Positions 48,567 to 54,561 of a stretch of DNA of 54,561 bases are shown one piece after another (position 1 is the stretch's first letter; each line of letters begins with the position of its first letter). The DNA lies in the IMG/VR virus record IMGVR_UViG_3300009103_000042, positions 1-54,561 of that record; one strand, written 5' to 3'. The notes beneath the pieces were generated by a model. The model made no database searches and had not been told where the DNA came from. It saw nothing but the letters and a program-made list of their open reading frames with translations. The position numbers and the translations under genes are program-made. This stretch comes from a virus (lineage: Duplodnaviria > Caudoviricetes).

Positions 48567-51500
48567 TATATTAAGTATTTAAGTTTTTCTACTATATCTT
48601 TAGGAACATTTATAAAATCTGAATATACAAATCCTCCTTCAGCTCCTTTCATTTGAGGACCTCCTTCTGGATCACTGTGTTTATTTCCTGTAACATACTG
48701 ATAGTTATTTGAATTCCTAACAGTCCCTCCATGTTCTAATGCTATTGCAGGATTACCTATAGGCTCTTCTATCACTTCTCCTCTTTCTACTTCATATCCT
48801 GCATCAGGATGTACTTTTCCTCCCTTTTTCATTTTTTTAGCATCTACTGCTTTTTCCAACTTTTTAATAGATTTTAGTGAAGAAGGTTGTAAAGTATTTG
48901 TACTATTCCATCCTTTCTGTTTTTCTATCCATTGTTGAAAAGGATCATCACTTAACCATTCTGGTATATACATTTGAAAATCAGGACCTCCTTGATAAAC
49001 ATAATCACTAGGAGAAACTTCAATATTCTTAGGATCTGCTATCTCCCCAGCATCTGGGTAATATATACCTGGGATTTTACCTCCATACTGTTTCTTCTTT
49101 AATCCGGGATACTTTTTATAGACTTTAGATTTTACATCAGATCTTCCATGCATTCCTGCTAGTCTTAAAGCATCTACAGCATCAGCTCTTGTAGGGATAG
49201 GATAACTTCTTCCTCCTCCTGCAAAGTTTCCTGCACTTACTGAGGGGTAAGGCTTCTTCTTACTTCCGTAATCTTTGGCTCTTGAAAGACCTCCTCCTTT
49301 CCTGTAAGTAGGAACTTGTCCATAACCCATAAACATATTAGGAACTGTAGAAGTATTAGCATCTGGATTAGGAGTATTTTGAGCAGCAGGATTATACATA
49401 GGCAAGTTAGCTAAAGAAGGCTGATTAGTCTGAGGCATGTTTCCTGCTACAGTACCATATTCTAATAGTCCAAATCCTGGTCCTGTTTTTGCACCTCCTG
49501 TAGCTGCCATATTTCTAGAACCTGGTCTTATTCTGTCACTTAACCTTTGATACATAGGAAGGTCTCCTCCTTTTTGGTTAAATCTTATAGGTTGTAATGG
49601 AGCATCAGATAGCCCATAAGTAATATCACTAGTTCCATATTTACTGCCTCCTGGTGTCTTATGTAATAAAACATCAGGGTGCTGTACATGCTTAGCTTCT
49701 TTCATAATAGGAACTTTAGAATATGCTTCTGCATGTACTGAAGGAGTTTTAACTACATTAGGATTACGAATAGCACCAGAAGGAACTCTATCATGTGCTA
49801 TGTTTTTAAATACTTGCTGCCACGGTCCTGATTTCATATGTGAGACATGCCCCAAGGCTGATTTCTGAGCTGATGTACTAGGATGGTGGTAAACTTTTTC
49901 AGTATACTTACCAAGAGTAGCTTTTCCTGTAGGTTTTAGTTTAGAAACTGCTTTTGATGACTTGCCTAATAAAGAAGCTGCGTTAATTGGAGCTCTGAAT
50001 GTTCCTGCTCCTATAAAATCAATAGGACTTATGCTTTCTTCTACTCTTCCACTTGCAATTGGAGTTTCTGGATAAGAAGTAATTCCTGTTACTGAAGGAT
50101 GCAAAGACCCTGGTTGTATTCCGTAGCTTGCATTTTCTAATAATTGCTCTTGAGATATAGGAGTTGCTGCTCTTTGGAAAATAGGCAAATTATTATTTGA
50201 TGAGGGTTTTTTTTCCTTCCATTTTTTTATATACTCAGAATTAGGATCTAATTGCCAAGGTAAAGGATGCATGCGAGGAGATACTTGGGGATCATTTATA
50301 AGTAGTTTACGATTAGTATTAAGAGAGTCTATAAGAAATCCAGGATCTATATTTCTTCCGTCTTCACTTTCAATTAGAAATCCCGGATCTTTATTAGTAG
50401 TATCAATAAGCCCTTCAGGTATTCTTCCCCAGCTTTTTTGATACATAGGTAAATTACCTCCTTTTTTAGCATATAAAGAAGGATAAGATTGTGTAAATCC
50501 TAATGACTGGGCTGTAGGAATATCCATTCCTGGTCCTCTTCTTCTTCTATTTCCTTGAGATTGTGCTGCCCACATTTGAGCATAAGGATTAACTCTTTCA
50601 GGAGTAGGTTTGTTTTTATTCTTTCCTATTTGACTAGCTCCCCATAATGCTGCCCCTGCTCCTAATATTGCTGGAGCTGCTTTTCCTAGTCCTTTTCCTA
50701 TTCCTTTCCAATCTACTCCTTTTCCTAAATTAGTTCCTGCAGATTCTCCTAATCCTGGATACATTTCTTCTTGGGTAGGAGGGCCTACCATTCCACTAGT
50801 ATTAGTAGTATAATTCTGAGTAGGTACTGTCTGAGGAGTAGGGCGAATTGGGGTACCTGTTGTTTGAGGTACTCCTTGTAAAGGTATGGTAGGCATTGCC
50901 TGAGGTCTTTTGTATAATTCTTCTTCTGTAGTAGTAAGATTTAAACCTGAAGCTCCAGGACTAGTAGGAGATTGAAAAGATTTTTTAAAAGGTGCTCCTA
51001 GCAAAGAAGCATTTGAAGCTACATCTGTAGGGCCAGGAGCAAGTGCAGATCCTTGAAAAGGCATATTGAGAACTGACTGGGGAGGCATATTGGCATCCTG
51101 CATAGTTTGGTAATTATTTGGCCCTGGAACCATAGGAACTTGATGATAATATTCAAACCCTGGAGCAGGAGTATTCATATAAGGGAGTGTCCCGTAGGGT
51201 TGCTGCTGCTGCTGTTCCCAAATATCTATTTTATTCATTGTATTATCTACTCCAGAAGAGCCTCCAAATTGATACTTAGGTAATTTCTTTTTTCGTGCCA
51301 TAGTGTTTGAGTTTAATGATCCTCCATATCTAAATTCTGTAGGATCTAGTACTTTCATTTTTCCTAATTTCTGTAGTCTTTCATACTCATGTTTAGGTAT
51401 AAAGGTTTTATTACCTAAACTATCATATTTAATATGCTGTGCTTGACCTGGTGTTCCTTTTATATACTGAATAGAATCTTTAATAGTAGGTTCTTTCTTC

Positions 51501-54500
51501 TTTCTTTTATCTACAATTGGTATAGGAGGCCTCTTAAGTTGACTTATTTCTGCATGAAAAGCTGGTACTTTTCCTATATCTTCTTCTTTTATATTTGAAT
51601 AAGGTACCATTTCTTTATCAGGATGTCTTTTGATAAAGGTACTCACAGGTGCTTTAGGTTTTTCATATATAGGTACACCAACAGGAATCATACTTCCGTT
51701 ATCATCATACATTAACCAAACATTTCCTGTTTTTCCTATATCACGTCTAGTATCAGGAGGATAGTCATTTTTTTCATATTCAGGACTAAATTTCAAATCG
51801 TCATAAGATAAGTCACTTTCAAATTTACCCTGATGCCTCTCTAATTGCCATAGAGCTTTAGCTCTATTATAATTAGCTAAACTATCTGGATATAGTTTTC
51901 CTCCTACTTGATATTTAGGAAGACATCCTCCTTTTTTCATCAATGGAGTTTCATATACTGAACTTCCTGGGGGGAATTTATAATTTTTTCCTGGTTTCAT
52001 AAATTGAGTTTTACCTATTTTGTTTCCTTTATTATCAATAGGAGTTCCTGCTAGAGGAAATCTTACTCCCTCCATTGTGATATTATTATCAGGGATGATG
52101 TAAGGACCACTATTAGGTCCCTTTCCTTGGTATCCTGTTATTGATGTAGAAGCTCTTTGATAAGAAGGTAATGGGCCTCCTTGTTTTTTTACTATCCTAT
52201 TACCCCAAAACCAATGAGGATCTCCTTCATAAATATCATAGTTCTTAGGATTATTTGTTACTTTACTAGGCATAGGAACACGCCTTGTATCTGCTAATTT
52301 ATTTAATGCTTCAGATGATAGTTTTTCTGCATTTATAATACGGTTACTTTCAGTTGCATGATTAAACGCCATATTCTTTCCTGCATTAAATTCATCTGAA
52401 TTTTTAGCAACCATTCCTTTTTTAGGAATTATAACATGTTCTTTACCTATATTTTTCATTGGATGTGGAACATCTCCAATCTTTGCAGGGTACCATCTGC
52501 TTCCTTGAGAAAAATAAGGCTCTGTAAATGAACCTGTATACTTTCCCGTAGTAGGGACTACTTTAGCTTTTTCAGTTCCTTTTCCTGTTTTTAATACTAC
52601 TGTGCTAGGGCGTAAATCTTGTACTATACGTCTTCTAAAAGCTTCATTAGCATCATCCCAGAAACCACTTTGTTTAAAGTTTTGTAAGGCTTCATCACCA
52701 TATATTTGACGGGCTAACAAATTTTCATCTGCAATTTTTTTATTTAAGTTAACAGCTTTTGGATTAATCTTATATATATTTTTAGCACCTTTAGTAATTA
52801 AAGAAGGAATTCTTACTGCGCCAGGGCCTATAAAATCAAAAGGACTAATAGAGGGATCTACTTTCCCAGTACCAGTAAGTTCTCCTCTACTAAGCTTATC
52901 AGCTTCTACCATTCCTTTATACTGAGGAGATTGTTCTATTAAAGATTGTCCAGGTTCTTGAGAAATTACAGGGGCATCTCCAGATACAGAAGCTCCTGTA
53001 TCCCATCCATAGTTATAAGGACTTCCTATAGTTACAGGAGAAGCTTGATAAAAAGGAAGAGGGCCTCCATACTTTTTTTCTTCTATTACTCCTAATTCTT
53101 TAAGTCTTTTATATTCAGCAGGTCTTACAAAGTGTTTTTTACCATAAGCATCTATATACCAATTTTCTGATTGTTGTAATCCTTGTCCTCTATCTTTATG
53201 CCCTACAGACTCACTAATAGTATCCTTTTTAGTAGGAATGCTAGATACTTTATTTACTTCTTTTTCAATAGTTACTGGAGGTTTTTTAACATTTACTTCT
53301 TTTTTAATTTCAGGTTTTACTTTTTCTTTTTCTTTCATTTCCGTATATAACTCTCTTTCCTTTCTTCCCCTTTCAAATGCTGAATTATCAATGTATTTAA
53401 CTGGCTGAACTGGTTTTTCAAAGTCATAATTCCATCCTTGACCTTGCCAACCTCCTATAGACTCTATAGTCCTATGTTCAATGTCAGGACTTCCAGTACT
53501 ACTAAAGAATGAATCATCTGGCACCATAATCATCTTCCCTTCTTTCCTAAGATTTTGTTTTATAGGTAAATTATTCTTATAGCGAACTATATCTTCCAGA
53601 TCATAGTCTTTGTCCCATAATGTTCCTTTTTTTAAATCTGGATTGGCTTTTTTAAATTCATCCGTGAACCATTTTTCATCTCCTTTAATTTTATATGCAA
53701 ATGCCGGTCCTGCATATCTACCCGTTGCCTGTGGATTAGGTTCCCTAAACCAACTTCCTTCTCTACCCTCCTTTACTCCAAGCCAATCTATATTAGGATT
53801 ATTTTCAACCAATTCATTTGCTTTTTTTGATAATATAAATTGATTCTGTTTTATTTCTTCATCAGTTAGCCCAATATTTAGGAAAGGTTCTAATTTTCGT
53901 TGCAACTTAGAATATTCATATAAATCTGAACTATCTTTATATGCTTTTAATCTAGGATCATTGGGATCTGTTACATATATTGGTTTCTTTTGATTTGTTG
54001 TCTGAGTTTTGGATTTAGGAGTTCCTGCAGTTCCATATTTTTCTACTCTTTCTTTTTTCTGTTCTGTAGATAACATATTCCAAGGAGTTACTGATATGGG
54101 ATCATAGGTATAACTGCTTACAATATCTCCCATTCCTCTTGTAAATGGTACTATATTAGTACCACTCAATTTACCGGTAGGAGTTATTCTAGTATCAAAC
54201 AATTGCATAGGAGCATTTAAATCTAATTCTCCAGTATTAGATTCTCTTTGCTCATAAGTATAAGGTCCTTTCTTTTTATAATAATCTGACATTTTTAAAA
54301 GCCTATCTTCAACTGTGTTAAATTCAGCATAATTATCTGATACTCCATATCCTACTTTTTTATCTATCATTTGTTTTACAAAATCTCTAGCTTCTTTATT
54401 TTCCTTAAATGCTCCTTTTTGTATACCGGGAGTCATACTAGAAAGATAAGGAGCACCGTAATAATCTTGTACAGCTAAACTATTTTCAAGGAGATTTATA

Positions 54501-54559
54501 CTATCCTGTCTTGTAGGAATTGATGTAGGAGAAACTTGATACTTAGGCAGTGAGCCTCC
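48566..54559 (-). CDS. Giant modular virion protein, 5'-truncated, with repeated KxGGxLPxYQ motifs
   Basis: The frame stays open past 54436 to the window edge (hand-read GGSLPKYQVSPTSIPTRQDSINLLENSLAVQDYYGAPYLSS-M). Low-complexity P/G/Q linkers; C-terminal EVERGEVI...GNKH...GG...VYSD domain. Confidence 0.75.
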   Translation of the reverse strand, partial: GGSLPKYQVSPTSIPTRQDSINLLENSLAVQDYYGAPYLSSMTPGIQKGAFKENKEARDFVKQMIDKKVGYGVSDNYAEFNTVEDRLLKMSDYYKKKGPYTYEQRESNTGELDLNAPMQLFDTRITPTGKLSGTNIVPFTRGMGDIVSSYTYDPISVTPWNMLSTEQKKERVEKYGTAGTPKSKTQTTNQKKPIYVTDPNDPRLKAYKDSSDLYEYSKLQRKLEPFLNIGLTDEEIKQNQFILSKKANELVENNPNIDWLGVKEGREGSWFREPNPQATGRYAGPAFAYKIKGDEKWFTDEFKKANPDLKKGTLWDKDYDLEDIVRYKNNLPIKQNLRKEGKMIMVPDDSFFSSTGSPDIEHRTIESIGGWQGQGWNYDFEKPVQPVKYIDNSAFERGRKERELYTEMKEKEKVKPEIKKEVNVKKPPVTIEKEVNKVSSIPTKKDTISESVGHKDRGQGLQQSENWYIDAYGKKHFVRPAEYKRLKELGVIEEKKYGGPLPFYQASPVTIGSPYNYGWDTGASVSGDAPVISQEPGQSLIEQSPQYKGMVEADKLSRGELTGTGKVDPSISPFDFIGPGAVRIPSLITKGAKNIYKINPKAVNLNKKIADENLLARQIYGDEALQNFKQSGFWDDANEAFRRRIVQDLRPSTVVLKTGKGTEKAKVVPTTGKYTGSFTEPYFSQGSRWYPAKIGDVPHPMKNIGKEHVIIPKKGMVAKNSDEFNAGKNMAFNHATESNRIINAEKLSSEALNKLADTRRVPMPSKVTNNPKNYDIYEGDPHWFWGNRIVKKQGGPLPSYQRASTSITGYQGKGPNSGPYIIPDNNITMEGVRFPLAGTPIDNKGNKIGKTQFMKPGKNYKFPPGSSVYETPLMKKGGCLPKYQVGGKLYPDSLANYNRAKALWQLERHQGKFESDLSYDDLKFSPEYEKNDYPPDTRRDIGKTGNVWLMYDDNGSMIPVGVPIYEKPKAPVSTFIKRHPDKEMVPYSNIKEEDIGKVPAFHAEISQLKRPPIPIVDKRKKKEPTIKDSIQYIKGTPGQAQHIKYDSLGNKTFIPKHEYERLQKLGKMKVLDPTEFRYGGSLNSNTMARKKKLPKYQFGGSSGVDNTMNKIDIWEQQQQQPYGTLPYMNTPAPGFEYYHQVPMVPGPNNYQTMQDANMPPQSVLNMPFQGSALAPGPTDVASNASLLGAPFKKSFQSPTSPGASGLNLTTTEEELYKRPQAMPTIPLQGVPQTTGTPIRPTPQTVPTQNYTTNTSGMVGPPTQEEMYPGLGESAGTNLGKGVDWKGIGKGLGKAAPAILGAGAALWGASQIGKNKNKPTPERVNPYAQMWAAQSQGNRRRRGPGMDIPTAQSLGFTQSYPSLYAKKGGNLPMYQKSWGRIPEGLIDTTNKDPGFLIESEDGRNIDPGFLIDSLNTNRKLLINDPQVSPRMHPLPWQLDPNSEYIKKWKEKKPSSNNNLPIFQRAATPISQEQLLENASYGIQPGSLHPSVTGITSYPETPIASGRVEESISPIDFIGAGTFRAPINAASLLGKSSKAVSKLKPTGKATLGKYTEKVYHHPSTSAQKSALGHVSHMKSGPWQQVFKNIAHDRVPSGAIRNPNVVKTPSVHAEAYSKVPIMKEAKHVQHPDVLLHKTPGGSKYGTSDITYGLSDAPLQPIRFNQKGGDLPMYQRLSDRIRPGSRNMAATGGAKTGPGFGLLEYGTVAGNMPQTNQPSLANLPMYNPAAQNTPNPDANTSTVPNMFMGYGQVPTYRKGGGLSRAKDYGSKKKPYPSVSAGNFAGGGRSYPIPTRADAVDALRLAGMHGRSDVKSKVYKKYPGLKKKQYGGKIPGIYYPDAGEIADPKNIEVSPSDYVYQGGPDFQMYIPEWLSDDPFQQWIEKQKGWNSTNTLQPSSLKSIKKLEKAVDAKKMKKGGKVHPDAGYEVERGEVIEEPIGNPAIALEHGGTVRNSNNYQYVTGNKHSDPEGGPQMKGAEGGFVYSDFINVPKDIVEKLKYLI

Positions 54560-54561
54560 TT

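Noticed and set aside
24852-53843. Short + strand ORFs inside the minus-strand block (24852, 26212, 28032, 28613, 29340, 30336, 31212, 36888, 39675, 44680, 47069, 47812, 53610)
   Set aside because: Antisense shadows of long genuine genes; F/S/L-rich.
1-54561. Stop-codon reassignment (TAG/TGA) as in some crAss-like phages
   Set aside because: Genes up to 15 kb are intact in code 11, and TAG/TGA end genes with normal spacing and ATGA overlaps.

Overview
AT-rich fragment of a crAss-like (Crassvirales-type) phage genome, most likely infecting a Bacteroidota host. It has a TTTG-19-TAnnTTTG promoter, A-rich leaders without Shine-Dalgarno sites, and reads in standard code 11. The + strand (1-24626) carries an RNA-repair enzyme (2H phosphoesterase + HAD phosphatase), a PcfJ-like protein, many small ORFs, structured intergenic regions and a replication module (PolA, SF2 helicase, DnaB-like helicase, Sak4-like ATPase, SSB, primase, RusA-like resolvase, PD-(D/E)XK exonuclease, UDG). 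The - strand (24686-end) carries giant virion cargo proteins, including a 4999-aa virion RNA polymerase (DFDID motif). Best candidate for an under-described system: a compact phage-encoded ubiquitin-like conjugation operon (Ubl precursor with internal KSG, E2-like, JAB protease, E1/ThiF, unknown gene; 16554-21330). Also notable: a >1990-aa polyprotein-like cargo protein punctuated by repeated KxGGxLPxYQ motifs, a DarG-like macrodomain inside the RNAP, lone cysteines at facing termini of adjacent cargo proteins, and multi-stem candidate ncRNAs. All calls come from reading motifs by eye; no searches were run.
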